This document shows, one piece after another, positions 31,973 through 49,149 of a stretch of 64,000 nucleotides of DNA; positions within the stretch are counted from its first letter, which is position 1, and the number at the start of each line of letters is the position of its first letter. The notes below the pieces were generated by a model. The model saw only the letters and a program-made list of their open reading frames with translations. It had not been told where the DNA came from and searched no databases. Both the position numbers and the translations under genes were made by a program. Source of the stretch: Octopus sinensis (taxonomy: Eukaryota); contig NC_043000.1 of assembly GCF_006345805.1 (NCBI RefSeq), positions 88,536,001-88,600,000 of the forward strand. Direction: 5' to 3'.

Positions 31973-33211
31973 GGGTTGGACAAAATAGTCGAAAAACCTA
32001 TCATCTTAGCATAATAATTTTGAAACATCTATAAAACCGTCAAAAGCTTGTTTATTTTTATGTTGTTTATTTACTATAAATGTTGCTTAATATGTTTTGC
32101 TGTTTCTTTTCAGACGTCATTAGAAAAATGTAATTAAAATTCATTAAAATGACAGATCTATTGGACTTTCAAAGAGGTCAAATTGTTGGTGCGCATATGA
32201 CAGGCGCTCGCGTGACGAAAACAGCCGAAATGTTTGGTGTATCAAGAAGTACTGTCGCGAAAATAATGACAGCCTTTGAGAAAGAGGAGAAAATCTCATC
32301 ATGGAAACAAAACTACGGTAAAAAACGAAATCTTTCAGATAGGGACTGTCGGACTCTTATACGTGAATGTTTAGAAAGGATCACAAAAGTACAGCTCCCA
32401 AAATTAATGGAGGGCTTAATGACCACCTCAAAGACCTAGTTTCCACAAAAACTGTTCACTGGGAGCTGCACAAAAATGGATTTGACGGGAGGGCTGCAAT
32501 CAGAAAACCACTACTTTCAAAATCAAACGTTGCAAAGCGTTTAGATTGGAGTAAATACCGACAGAATTGCTCCCTAGAGCAGTGGAAGAATGTTATTTCC
32601 TCGGACAAGTTATCCTTTACCTTATTTCTGACCACCGGTCAAGTGTGCGTGTGGAGACATCCCAAAGAAGCATTTGACCCAGACTGCCTTCTTCCAACTG
32701 TTAAACATGGAGGAGGAGCTGTAATGATTTGGGGTGCTATATTTTGGAAATCCGCCGGCCCAAAGCTTTTTCTCCATGGCAGAATTAATACTCAAGACTA
32801 TTTAAGCATTCTATCTGATCAAATTCATCCTATGGTTGCGGAACTGTTTACGGGGGAAAACGCAATCTTTCGCGATGATAATGCGCCAACTCACACAGCC
32901 AAAGTTATTACTGAATAGCACGAGGAACATTCTAGTGAAGTTGAACATCGTATCTGGCCACTACAGTCCCCAGATCTCAGTATTACTGAACATTTATCGC
33001 GCATTTTATAAAAATAAGTAAGGAGTCGATATCATCCACCATCTACACTACAAGAGTCTGTTTTAGCTAAAGAATGGACAAAAATTCCTTTGGAAACAAT
33101 TAAAACTTTGTATGAGTCCATAGCTCATAGAATTCAAGCTGTAATTACTGCCAAAGGCGTCCTACTCTATATTAAAATAAATCTGTTTGAAATTACATTA
33201 TCCAGCCCGTG
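31968..33211 (+). mobile_element. Tc1/mariner transposon, DD36E (Incomer-type), 1244 bp, TA target duplication
   Basis: Left end TA-CACAGGGGTTGGACA and degraded right end TCCAGCCCGTG-TA; transposase relic inside. Confidence 0.88.
32149..33177 (+). pseudogene. DD36E transposase pseudogene (frameshift near 32365, stop at 32916, later lesions)
   Basis: HTH MTDLLDFQRGQIVGA; VISSDK; PTVKHGGGAVMIWGAI; FRDDNAPTH; WPLQSPDLSITEHL. There are 36 residues between the second D and E. Confidence 0.88.
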
Positions 33212-34550
33212 TAGATATATATTGTATTTGGGGATGGTCATATTGCCAATTTAGCCAATGAAATCACTCACTATTTATTTGCTGTTCGTTTGCTTCAGCT
33301 TATTTCATATTTATTGTATTTCGGCAGAGCTCTTTCGTCACACTTCTGGGACCTCATCAGTGGTTCTTTGCTTTCTTCTTTCTTTTTGCGTTTCTCCTTC
33401 CTAACCATCTGCCATTTTGTGTTCCTGTTGTACGTGTCTTTATTTGCGCATGCGCATATCCCTGAGTGTGTCCATGTTTGGTAAGTTTGTATGTGGGGAC
33501 GTGTATGGTACATGCGTTATCAATATCCCCTGTATATTCACGTTTATTTTATTTTATTCATTTGTTTTTATCTACTTACTTTTTCTTTTTTTGTATTAAC
33601 TTATATTTTGTTTATGTATTTAATTACTTCAAGGAAGAGAAGAGCTCGTCGATGCTATATCAACATACCGAGCGGGAACACGGGGGCTTATTCAAAAACA
33701 TAGAAGTAAAATCTTGTGCACACACAGAACAGACGCAACACTTAGACAAGTTACAAAAGCTACAAACATAACAGAAGATAAACCTAGCCTAAATAGAAAA
33801 CTAGAATGGAACACTAATACACCCACACCACAACCTGATGACAAAATATAAACTAGTAATATGGAACTAATACAATAGATAAATAAATAAATAAATGGAA
33901 TGAAGCAATTATATACATAAAAAAATATATAACATTTGCAGCGGGGAAGGTGTTTATAAGCCATTTAAAAACATACAAAAACCATTAGATTCACTTCAGC
34001 ATTTAAATTTAATTTGTCAAAATATTTTCATTGCTTTGAGACCGCGATCTGTTCACTAACAAAATTCCGTGCTAAAGAATCAATAGAAAAAAATAAAGTA
34101 AAAAAAATAATGTCTAAGAGAAGTGCTTGTGTCACTGAAAGAAACAAAATAATCTGGACAAAGAAGCTCGTGCAATTTCAAGACTCACATAGGAAAAGAC
34201 GACCTGTTCTTCTAGAAGAGCATTCTTATTGTCGATCACTACCTGTTCCTTGGAGGCACCGTCAAACACACACACATGGGGTGTGCAACACAGAAAGTGT
34301 AGTGTGTATGAGAAGTTGTTTTGTTAGTGTGTGTGAAGAGAGACAGAGAGACAGAGAGAACGATATATAACAGATTTTTTATTTCCTTTTTTAGTGAGTT
34401 ATTGACAAATAGAGAGAGGTTGTTATGTATGTATTTGTGAATGGTTTCAGTCACACACACACACACACACACACGAACACGTATGCGTACAAAAAACATG
34501 TATGCAATTGGTGTACGTATGTGTGGGTTTGTTGCCCATATATATATATA

Positions 34551-34956
34551 CTCTTTTTTTACTTGTTTCAGTCATTTGACTGCGGCCATGCTGAAGCACC
34601 GCCTTTAATCGAGCAACTCGACCCCGGGACTTATTCTTTGTAAGCCCAGAACTTATTCTATCGGTCTCTTTTGCCGAACCGCTAAGTAACGGGCGACATA
34701 GACACACCAGCATCGGTGGTCAAGCAATGCTAGGGGGACAAACACAGACACAGAAACACACACACACATACACATATATATATACATATATACGACAGGC
34801 TTCTTTCAGTTTCCGTCTACCAAATCCACTCACAAGACTTTGGTCGGCCCGAGGCTATAGTAGAAGACACTTGCCCAAGGTGCCACGCAGTGGGACTGAA
34901 CCCGGAACCATGCGGTTGGTAAACAAGCTACTTACCACACAGCCACTTCTGCGCCT
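34551..34956 (-). mobile_element. Full-length tRNA-derived SINE with an internal (TG/TA)n tract
   Basis: The minus-strand head has gctgtgtggtaag (A-box-like) and ggttcagtccc (B-box-like); body and tail match 6725-7171. Confidence 0.88.
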
Positions 34957-35564
34957 ATATATATATATATATAAAAGTTAGTTGTGATCTGAACATAACC
35001 ACTTCTGACACAGAGGATTGGGAGCCCTTTTAGGCATTCTAGTTTCCTTGCTGGAAGCGTTCCCAACCCATGGGCAAAGTGGTATTAGATGATGGGGTGG
35101 TGTTTACAAAGGGTTGACATGTGCAGCCTGATCCCCTCTGCCGTTCAAACTCACAAACCATGCGGTCCCGTCGCGACATTGATTTTGCAATATTGAGTTG
35201 GGTGTGAAAACCAACTTTAAAGTATAAATATAGATGATTTTGAATCAGCAATATTGTGTTCAGTTAAGTCCCATTTGGGGTGAAAAATCAATAAACTGTT
35301 TCCTTATGGGGTTTTCCATTTAATCAGGATAAAAAAAGTCGATAAACCGATTCGTTATGAGATTTCCCAATCAAATTGTCTGCAACTCATTTTCAGCCAA
35401 AAGTTCACGAATTTCAACGGATTTCGCTTAACTTTGATGTCGATGTTACTTAGTTTGGTTTGAAATAATGACCTTGAATAGGTTAATAATTCTAACTTAA
35501 TCCCGGGCAAAGCCAAGCTATACTGCTTGTATGTATGTATATATATATATATATATTATATATA

Positions 35565-35616
<52 letters not shown>

Positions 35617-36675
35617 CCGAGTGTGTGTATATGAGTGTGTGTGTGCCTTTATATATCTGTCCCACTCCAGTGCTGATGTGTTTACATCCTCGTAACTGAG
35701 TAGTTCAGCAAACGATATTGGTAAAATAAGCACCATATTTTTAAAAAAAACAGTACTGTGTTAAGGCTATCCCATATTGGTGGAAACCTCAGCTTTTATA
35801 TTGGCGGGGCCCACACTGTAGTATTTGCTGATGCAAGTAGAAACGTTGACTACGAAAAATAATTTATATTCTATGATACATGTTAAAATCCCTGGTCTTT
35901 ACTACTACACTAATACACACTCGTAGTTTTTCAAGTTATTAGAAATAGAAACCAAATCTCCCTTGTATAAAACCTTTAAGATGTAAGGATACATTGCTTT
36001 AGAATATCTTTCCAAAGCAAAAAGATAAAATGAGAGCAGTTTCAGTGTAACTAATTACAGCTCTCCTCCCTCGGAGCTGATATGACGTCAACAGCAAAAA
36101 TAACGCATATATTAAGAACGTATTAATAGATTTAAAAAACGACCACATTATTGTAAAACAATGATTTACCAATTATTCGATTTAGACATGGAGAGGCTGT
36201 TTAGATGTTTTAGAGACTAAGGGGAAGTCTGAAATATGTTGTAGTAATTCTAATTTGGTATCGAACTGGGAACATTTATGTGCATCATTATTTTGGTAAA
36301 TTGCTCAATTACAGATTTCATCGCTATAGAACATATGAAGATGAACTCGTTTATGGTATGCGTTATATAATGATTTTATATGTAGCTCTCATATTTCTGC
36401 TTAATCAATGGCTTCCGTTTCTCTAATATTAAAATAGCATATAGAAACATTAGGTAGAGTTTATCCATGGATTTGATTTATGTCACCATTAATTCGTCAC
36501 TATAAAAGGAGTACCATAATATGTGATCTGGTTTATACCTCATGCTTGTTTCATTGTAAGAATAGATCGAAAATCATATTACAGAAGAACATATATATAT
36601 ATGTATGTATATATATATATTATATATATAATATATATATATATATTATACAAACATACATACACACACACACAT

Positions 36676-36706
<31 letters not shown>

Positions 36707-36721
36707 TACATATAAAGATAT

Positions 36722-36757
<36 letters not shown>

Positions 36758-36796
36758 AAGATATATATATATATATATATATATAGATAGACAGAC

Positions 36797-36829
<33 letters not shown>

Positions 36830-37077
36830 CATACATACATACATACATACATACATACATACATACATACATACATACATACATACATACATACATAGTT
36901 ACCCACACATATGCATAAATGCGTGCATACATTTACACACATACACATCCTAAAAATCCGCATTCAGAAATCGATTTATCTGTCTGTCTCTCCATCTATT
37001 TGTCTCTCTGCCTATATATGTATGTATGTATCTATCTCTCTATCTAAACACACACACACACATAGAGATACTCTCTT

Positions 37078-37108
<31 letters not shown>

Positions 37109-38643
37109 GACACATATACATCATAAATATGGACATATTGACACACATTTATGTGTAAATATTTTCGTTTGAAAATGATTAGATTTACGTGCATGTGCAT
37201 GAGTGTGTGCACACGCGTGCGCGTATTTATATATTAGAAAGACTTGCTATGAACACATTCATTCTGTATCTTTGATGTGCGGTAAAATGTGAGGGAATTG
37301 ACCTCAGGGCCCCTTTCATAGTGTGTTGGCCACTTAATACATGCATACACACAGAACACACACAGATAAATAGATAGATGTGTGTGTATGTATATATACA
37401 GAGAGAGGGAGAGACTGATGCAGATGAACACGATTAGGCATGTTATATATATATAAATATATACAGGCATATATATATATATATATATATATATAGTAAC
37501 AAATAAATTTTTCATGTAGTTCAAAAGATACAGAAAATTAAGTGGGGAACGCATAGTTAATTAACTCAACAGCTTTTATCTGGGATCTCGGAATTACATA
37601 ATAGCTGTAATGTTTAAAATTAGCAGATTGAACGTGTAAAAATTCATTGATATATAATCAGTAGACGGATGGATATTAACATTTGCGTAATACCGACTTG
37701 CTTCGTCAGGACAGGAAGAATGATATAAAGCATTTCACATTTTGGTGCGAGAAATTTAAGCAGTGACTGAAAGAAGAGGAACAGAAGCAAATGCAGTGAC
37801 AGGATGCAGGCAATTTAGGAGGGGATGGAGAATTAGAGAAAGTAAAGCAATAATAAGGATCTGCCCGAGTGTACACATTTCTGGCAAATACAAGGACAAC
37901 GCCGTATATATATCGGGCCTGTTAGTATCCTTAGTGTAATGTATTCTTTACAGTAGCTATACTTTCGAACGACTGGCAACACATAAGACCTTAGGAAAAG
38001 CAACATCCAATAATATGTTGGTGAAAATTACAATATCGACATAAGAATGTTTTTGAGAGAAATTGCCATTAATGATGCTGATTCTTCTGTACAATATGCA
38101 GCTGAATTTCATTGACTAAAGCTCGTTTCGGTTCCTTAATGTGATATAAGTTTGCTTATATTTAAGTATATGTTCTTGTCGCAGAAAGCTTTCCGTCACT
38201 TTCCACATTTGAAGAAACTATTCCAATTCACATCATGCAAGCATATTTACAGACACACAGACACACAGACACACACACGTGTATATATCTACATTTTTAA
38301 ATGTATATGTGTGTCTATATATAGAGAGAGTTGGGTCATAATTATTGCGGCTTTTTTTCAACAAATTTAATTCAACAAAAACAATAACAATATTTAACAA
38401 AAACATCTTTAAATGACGGTCTGACCGTCTGCCAAGCAAATGGGAAGCAGTATTTGAAGTAGAGAGTGAATATGGTCCGTATTAATCATTTAAATATGTT
38501 TTTGTTACATGTTATTATTGTTTTTGTTGAATAAAATGAATAAAATTTGTTGAAAAAATGCCTCAATAATTATGCACACACACACACACACAGAAAGATG
38601 CGTGTATATATATAATATATATATTATATATATATATATATAT

Positions 38644-38684
<41 letters not shown>

Positions 38685-39249
38685 TTGATTATATATGATA
38701 TATATAGTATATGGTAAATATAACATACACAGACATGCGCACATAACTTTCGAACTGGTGCGTGTTTAAAAAGCTCCCTTATTTGCAAGAGTGTATTGAA
38801 ATATTTATATCATGAATTTGTTACTTTAGCTTTCTAAAATCATCGAAACAAATTTTTTTAATTCACGTTTCCTAGCGGAAATTATTACTGAGAGGGCATT
38901 TTCGTTATCTACAATGCATGTTCAGGATCGCATGGTGATCACTGGTTACACTGAGTCTGTGGAGGTTAGATGTGTCACAGCCCTGGTCACAGTCGTCAGA
39001 GTAGCAGGGTATTGAGATCTGGACAATGTTTTACTGAATATTTTAATGTTGTTTATGTAGTGGAAGAAAATGTATATTCTACGTATTCATATCAGGTAAG
39101 CACTGCTCATGTGTCCGCATTTTTTCTAAAATTGGTAATGCTCTCTGGTTGCTCAATCAGTTACCGAGATAAAATTATTTCCTTGCATTTGTTGTTGTCA
39201 TTGTTGTTGAGATGTTGATGGTGGTGATGGTAATATCCCTTCTTTCATT

Positions 39250-39760
39250 TTGCTGGACACAAAAATCAATGAGGTGATTTGCGTTACCACACAAGTGATA
39301 CCTCTGCATTTTGTCTTCGACGAACGTGTATTTTTGGGTCGTCTAGTAGATTAATCAGGCCTGGTATCATTTCCATGTCTGTATGAAAGTTTACGTGCCT
39401 TTACCTGAGCAGTTCTGTATCTGAACATTCTGTGACTGCAGAATACAAGTCTTCTCTTCCATAAAGGAAAAATCGTCCGCCACCAACACTCGTTAGAGTA
39501 GTTGTCGACTGCTTTCTTGTCTCATCTGTTCCGAATTTCTTTCCTCTGGCTATATGTGTATTTGTGTTCCACATTTGTCTAACACAATTTTCGGTTTGCT
39601 GGTGTGCTGCACATTCTACTTTTGTCTCCTTCTTGTCCCTATAGTTTGTATATGCATGTGCTGTAGATTTGTGCTGGACAGATCTTTGGATGTTCAGCGT
39701 CAGGTTTCGGCTATATTTCTCCAACATATTTTCCCCACTCTTTAGTTCATGTCAATAAAA
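39250..39760 (-). pseudogene. Possible L1/Tx1-type ORF1 (zinc-knuckle) relic
   Basis: Frameshifted EMIPGLINLLDDPKIHV / VEDKMQRYHLCGNANHLIDFC resembles a decayed CCHC knuckle; the family is assigned by resemblance only. Confidence 0.35.
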
Positions 39761-40348
39761 ATTTTTTCGCTTATTTGATGTATCCCGACGGTTAAACCGC
39801 TAAAGCTAGATTTAGAAGATTCATTGTCATTGTTTGTCGAATTGGCGTTAACAGTGTTGGCGGCGAAGGGAGTAGTTAATAGTGTTGGCAGCTTGTAGGT
39901 GTTTTGAATGGAAAATTAGTTTGTTGTTTATTGTTCTGTGGACTCATTTTCGTTGCTTTTGTATTTGTCTTTTTGTCGTTACTGTTGTTCTTGATATTTT
40001 TTTGCTATGACGTAAAGAGGGTTGGTGTGGTGGTATTGTTTCACGTTCTTTTACATTGCTTTCATTGTTTGTTCATCGTCTGTTGACTGCAGTATTACGC
40101 TTAAGAGAGAAGCTATTTTCATAATAGCTTTTGGGGCCGCCATCACCTATTTCGATATGGGAATCAATGTAGATTCCCCTTTTGTTTTAAATATGGAGTT
40201 TTCAATGATAAATTTTTAATTTCGCCTTTCGAGGGCCAATGTTACGTAAAGCCAGCTCGATCTTAGGAAAATGCATATACCAAACATTGAAACAAAACTT
40301 ACGAGATGCGAACAAGTGACTTCTCCTTCCAAAAAATATAATAATAAT

Positions 40349-40564
40349 CTTTTCTACTATAAGTACAAGGCCTGAAAATTTTGGGGGAGATGGTAAGTCG
40401 ATTACATCGATTCCAGTGTTTAAGTGGTATTTACTTTATCGAACCCTGAAATGATGATAGGCAAAATCGACCACGGCGGAATTTGAACTCAGAAAGTAAA
40501 GACGAGCGAAATACTGCTAAACATTTTGTCCGGCATGCTAACCATTCTGATAACTTACCGCCTT
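40349..40564 (-). mobile_element. Second tRNA-derived SINE family (head adjoining (TAA)n)
   Basis: The minus strand starts aaggcggtaagttatcagaatggttagca and contains ctgagttcaaattcc (B box); homologous to 43583-43770. Confidence 0.75.
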
Positions 40565-40565
40565 A

Positions 40566-40567
40566 AT

Positions 40568-40645
<78 letters not shown>

Positions 40646-40675
40646 TTGCTGATAATAATAATAATAATAATGATG

Positions 40676-40728
<53 letters not shown>
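40566..40728. repeat. (TAA)n tract
   Basis: Seen directly. Confidence 0.95.
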
Positions 40729-40731
<3 letters not shown>

Positions 40732-40894
40732 GGCAGAAGAATTGGATAGAAGTCACTGCAGCACCAACGGCAGAAGAATTGGATAGAAGTCACTGCAGCA
40801 CCAACGGCAGAAGAATTGGATAGAAGTCACTGCAGCACCAACGGCAGAAGAATTGGCATAGAAGTCACTGCAGCACCAACGGCAGAAGAATTGG
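40729..40894 (+). repeat. Four tandem 37 bp units at the 5' junction of LINE copy E
   Basis: Unit aacggcagaagaattggatagaagtcactgcagcacc at 40729, 40766, 40803 and 40840 (this one +1 nt), continuing into the LINE at 40878. Confidence 0.92.
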
Positions 40895-43403
40895 AAGAAT
40901 TCTGGGGAGAAATATGGTCGGCGAACGAACCACCAAAAAAAAGGAGTATCAAAATAACAAACTCGGCATCTGAACAAACTTGGACCCCATAACAACTGAA
41001 GAGGTCACCCAGGCACTGCAAAGACTAAGCAACTGGAAGGCACCTGGGCATGACAAGATCCCCAACTTCTGGTTGAAATATCTAACAGGAATGCACAAAA
41101 AGCTGGCTGAAAACTTTAACAACGTACTAGCAGAGCCAGAGACAATGCCTGAATGGCTCACGAAGGGAAAACCATCTTAATTCCCAAATCAAATGAAACA
41201 GAAAAACCAGAAAACTACAGACCAATAACCTGCCTCCCTACTATGTTCAAGGCATTTACTGCAGTGATATCACAAAGGCTGAACAAGCACCTGGACGAAA
41301 ACAAACTGTTCCAGAAGAGCAGAAAGGATGCCGCAAAGGCTCATATGGCTGTAAAGATCAACTAATGATTAATAAAGCCATAACTGAAGACAGCCACAGA
41401 AAGAAGAAAGGCCTCAGTATGGCCTGGATTGACTACAAAAAGGCGTTTGATAGCATCCCCCACACATGGATCCTCGAAAAACTAGCCATTAACAAAGTAG
41501 CACCAACAATCATAAAATTCATAGAGCACTCTATGAATAAATGGCAAACAGTCCTACACCTCCAAACAAAAGAGGGACTCATGAAAACCAAAGACATCCC
41601 CATTAGAAGAGGAATATTCCAGGGAGATACGCTCTCTCCACTCCTTTTCTGCTTGGCACTGTCACCTCTATCTGATATGCTAAATAGAACTGGATGCGGA
41701 TATAAATGTTACGGCAAAACGATCAGCCACCTTTTATATATGGATGACCTAAAACTATACGCTGCAAATGACAAACAGCTGAAAACACTATTAAAGACAG
41801 TTCATGGATTTACCAAAGAAATAGATATGAAATTTGGATTAGAAAAATGCGCCAAAGTAACCATGAAAAGAGGAAAACTAGTTAAGAGTAACAACATCAC
41901 ACTAGATGAAGCAAATGAAATAAAAGAATTAGACCAAAGCCAAACTTACAAATACTTAGGAATCCATGAACTAGATAAGACACAACACACACAAATGAAA
42001 GAGAAAATAAAAAAGAATATTATAGACGAGTTAGATCAATACTAAACACAGAGCTCAATGCTAAAAACAAGATAATAGGTATCAACACTTTAGCTTCCCA
42101 GTTATAAGTTACAGCTACAATATCCTTAACTGGACACGAAATGAACTGACCAAAATAGACAGGAAAACAAGAAAAATAATGACAGGATCTAGGATGCATC
42201 ACCCAAAATCTGACATAGAAAGACTATATATACAACGTATAGAAGGTGGTAGAGGCCTTATACAGCTGGAAAACTACTATAAAATAACCACCATAGGACT
42301 GCAAAAATACCTACTTCAGAAGGAAGGAAAACTGATCCAGATAGCAGCAAAACACGAGCAAAACAAAAAACTGTTCTCAGTATTTAAGGAAGCTGACAAA
42401 TACAAACAAGAAATCATACCACCTAATAAACATGAAGAAGAAGAAGAAGAAGAAGAAGATGAAGAAACAACAAAAGCTATTAAAAAAATGAAATCCAAAC
42501 TAAAAATAGAACAGCAACGAACCATGATAAAACGATGGCAAGAAAAGCCCCTTCATGGTAAATACTGGACTAAACTAAACGCAAAAGAAATAGACAAAGA
42601 AAAATCCCAGCAATGGTTGAGAAGCTCAGGACTCAAAGCAGAAACAGAGGGATTTTTAATTGCAGCACAAGACCAAAGCCTCCCCACCAGAAATTACCAA
42701 AAACATATAATGAAAAGAAATATTACAAGTAACTGCAGAATATGTGGAGATGGACAAGAAACAATAAATCATATTATCTCTAGCTGCCCAGTCCTGGCTA
42801 AGAAGGAATATATTCACAGACATGACAGAGTTGGAACTTATATACATTGGAAGCTATGCCAACATTATGGAATAACAACAGAAAAAAGATGGTATAGGCA
42901 CACACCAGAAAAGGTCACAGAAAACGAGGAAGCAACCATACTCTGGGATATGCCGATACACACAGATAGAGAAATTAAGGCCAACAGACCAGATATAGTT
43001 GTCAGAGACCATGAAGAAAAAAAATGCTTTCTAATTGATGTATCAGTACCGGCAGATGACAACGTGTCTCTAAAAGAAATGGAGAAACTCTCAAAATACA
43101 AAGACCTGGAAATAGAGGTAACTAGAATGTGGAATCTGAAAACAGAAACAATTCCTATCATAGTAGGTGCATTAGGCATGATAAAAAAATATTCAGACAA
43201 ATACATAACAAAAACACCAGGACTTACAAACACATATAACATACAGAAAATTGCACTACTAGGCACTGCACACATCCTACGCAGAACACTTTCCATACAA
43301 TAACCATCAGAGCATCACAACAAATCACAGCACATACCCAAGGCACACAGAGCTGCGCTCGGTAGTGAAGTGAAAGCACGCTATAAAAATAAAAATAAAT
43401 CTA

Positions 43404-43406
<3 letters not shown>
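40729..43406 (+). mobile_element. 5'-truncated Dong-like LINE copy E (RT, CCHC and RLE), with a (TAA)n tail at 43407-43540
   Basis: ORFs 40980-41180, 41153-41365, 41365-42045 ([19 protein letters not shown]) and 42179-43303 (CRICGDGQETINHIISSCP, RHDRV, RPDIVV..LIDVSVP, KYKDL); near-identical to copies A and B. Confidence 0.95.
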
Positions 43407-43489
<83 letters not shown>

Positions 43490-43491
43490 TG

Positions 43492-43568
<77 letters not shown>

Positions 43569-43582
43569 AAGAAGAAGAAGAA

Positions 43583-43770
43583 TCCTTTCTAATATAGGTA
43601 CAATGCTTGGAATTTTAAGGAAGTGGGCTGGTCGAATCTATCGAGTACTCAGCTGCTCCTTATTTCATCAAACCAGAAAGGGTAAAGGCCAAGTCGATCG
43701 CGATAGTTGCATTCAGAACGTAAAGACGGACGAGATGCCGTTAAGCATTTTATCCGACGCCAGCTCATCG
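43583..43770 (-). mobile_element. Diverged copy of the second SINE family
   Basis: Similar to 40349-40564 (aaaggccaagtcga..cagaacgtaaagacggacga..aagcatttt). Confidence 0.65.
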
Positions 43771-43844
43771 CTATAACAATAAACATGATTCTGCCAGCTC
43801 ATCACACTATTACAATAAAAATGGTAAGCAGAAGTACAAGATGA

Positions 43845-43946
43845 ATGAAGAAGAAGTAGAAGAAGAAGAAGAAGAAGAAGAAGAAGAAGAAGAAGAAGAA
43901 GAAGAAGAGAGGAGGAGAAGAAGAAGAAGGAGAAGAAGAAGAAGAA

Positions 43947-43992
<46 letters not shown>

Positions 43993-44160
43993 GAGAAGGA
44001 GGAGGAGGAGAAGAAGAAGAAGGAGAAGAAGAAGAAGAAGAAGAGAAGAAGAAAAGAAGAAAAGGAAGAAGAAGAAGAAGAAGAAGAAGAGAAGGAGAGG
44101 AGGAGGAGGAGGAGAAGAAGAAGAAGAAGAAGAAGAAGAAGAAGAAGAAGAAGAAGAAGG
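43845..44160. repeat. (GAA/GGA)n purine tract
   Basis: Seen directly; it is the source of the poly-E/R/K ORF. Confidence 0.95.
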
Positions 44161-44503
44161 GTTATCGTGTTACCAACTGGATGTGTTTACTATCACTTTG
44201 ACTTCAACACATAAACTTCCACAGAATATATATTTAGTATATTTTAACAGCCAGTTTGCTAGAACAGCAACAATGCTATAGCATCGGGAAGAGACACGCC
44301 TTCTCAAGCTATAGCAGAACAAAGAGAAATACTGCGATAAGAGACGTAGGACATAATGATGAAAATAAACAAATTTAAATGTTGCTCGATGTTATTTCAA
44401 GGACTTTGTAATTATTTTTCATATCTTACTGCTGATCGATGTAATTATACTAGAAAAAACTATTCTCCATCTCGAATAAAGAATAGAAGAGCAGGAGAAT
44501 ATA

Positions 44504-44736
44504 CAGGGTTGGTTAAAAGTCACCCGACAGTAAATCAAAATTCAATAAATACTACCTGTAATTCTGTATTGACTCGAATGGAAAAATGTGTCGTTCATGA
44601 AGGACTTCAGTTTGAACTATTCTCATGATGTTTCATATTTACATGCTTTTATTAAGTTCATACAGTTATTAAGCATAAATAAATCTTGGAATGAAATGGT
44701 TTTAATTTACTATCAGGTCACTTTTGGCCAACCCTG
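44504..44736. mobile_element. Tc1/mariner-type MITE, 233 bp, TA target duplication
   Basis: TA-CAGGGTTGGTTAAAAGTCACC ... GGTCACTTTTGGCCAACCCTG-TA, with no coding capacity. Confidence 0.85.
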
Positions 44737-45526
44737 TATATTCAGCCATGTGAACCAAAGCAGCACATTGAGTAACAGATTTTCTTTGACGAAATTGGAA
44801 TTCGACGTTACATGAAACGTTCGGTAGAGCAAAGAAATATTCAAGAAAATTCAAAATCCGCTTTGTTTTAAAATCTTAAAGTGTATATTTGAAAACTTAT
44901 TTTCATCCATGCAAAGTAATAGACCTAAATTTATAATCTTTCACATTGAAATTTAAGTTGAAGGGTGTGACAGAAAGGATTCCAAGCGTTGTAGCGACAA
45001 ATAGCCCCCTGATAGTTAAGTTTGTATAGTTAAGGTATTTGGTGCACTTGTATTTTGTTTTCATTTCTTTCAGGTTCTTTTCTCTTTCTTAATTCATTAT
45101 TTCTTTCAAATGTACTGTTAATTCACTTTAATTTTGAAAATGGAATCTGCAACTGTAAAAACATACACTTAGAACTCTTCAGCCATGAAAAGAAGGAAGA
45201 GAACAGAAAAAAAAGAAAATTAGTAAAGAAGAAAATGACGTACATGAGAAATTTTGAACAGGAATATGTAAGTGCTTATACAAACAACAGAGTCAGTAAA
45301 GTATTATAGGACCACAAATTTCTTCACATGAAGAAATTTGTGATTCCCTAAAGTTGGAGGAGATTCCAAGGACTTTCGAAAATATTTTATTATTTGTGGC
45401 ATATAAGTAATTATGATGATCAGACATGATATATTATACATATTAAAATTTGTATGTAGATATGCCATTGAACGAACTTATAAGAAGCAAGGTGCAAGTC
45501 AAAAAAGAAACATAAAAACATATTGT

Positions 45527-49149
<3,623 letters not shown>

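Noticed and set aside
37670-37712. CUGACGA-A-GC on the minus strand
   Set aside because: The GAAA core is broken and stem I does not pair.
40729-40894. 37 bp repeats of CRISPR-like length
   Set aside because: The units are contiguous with no unique spacers, derive from LINE sequence, and lie in a eukaryotic context.
42865-43296. 143 aa antisense ORF (also seen at 19662-19940)
   Set aside because: It is the shadow frame of the LINE endonuclease domain; there is no independent evidence of function.
43841-44281. 146 aa poly-E/R/K ORF
   Set aside because: It is a pure (GAA/GGA)n tract with no other coding signal.
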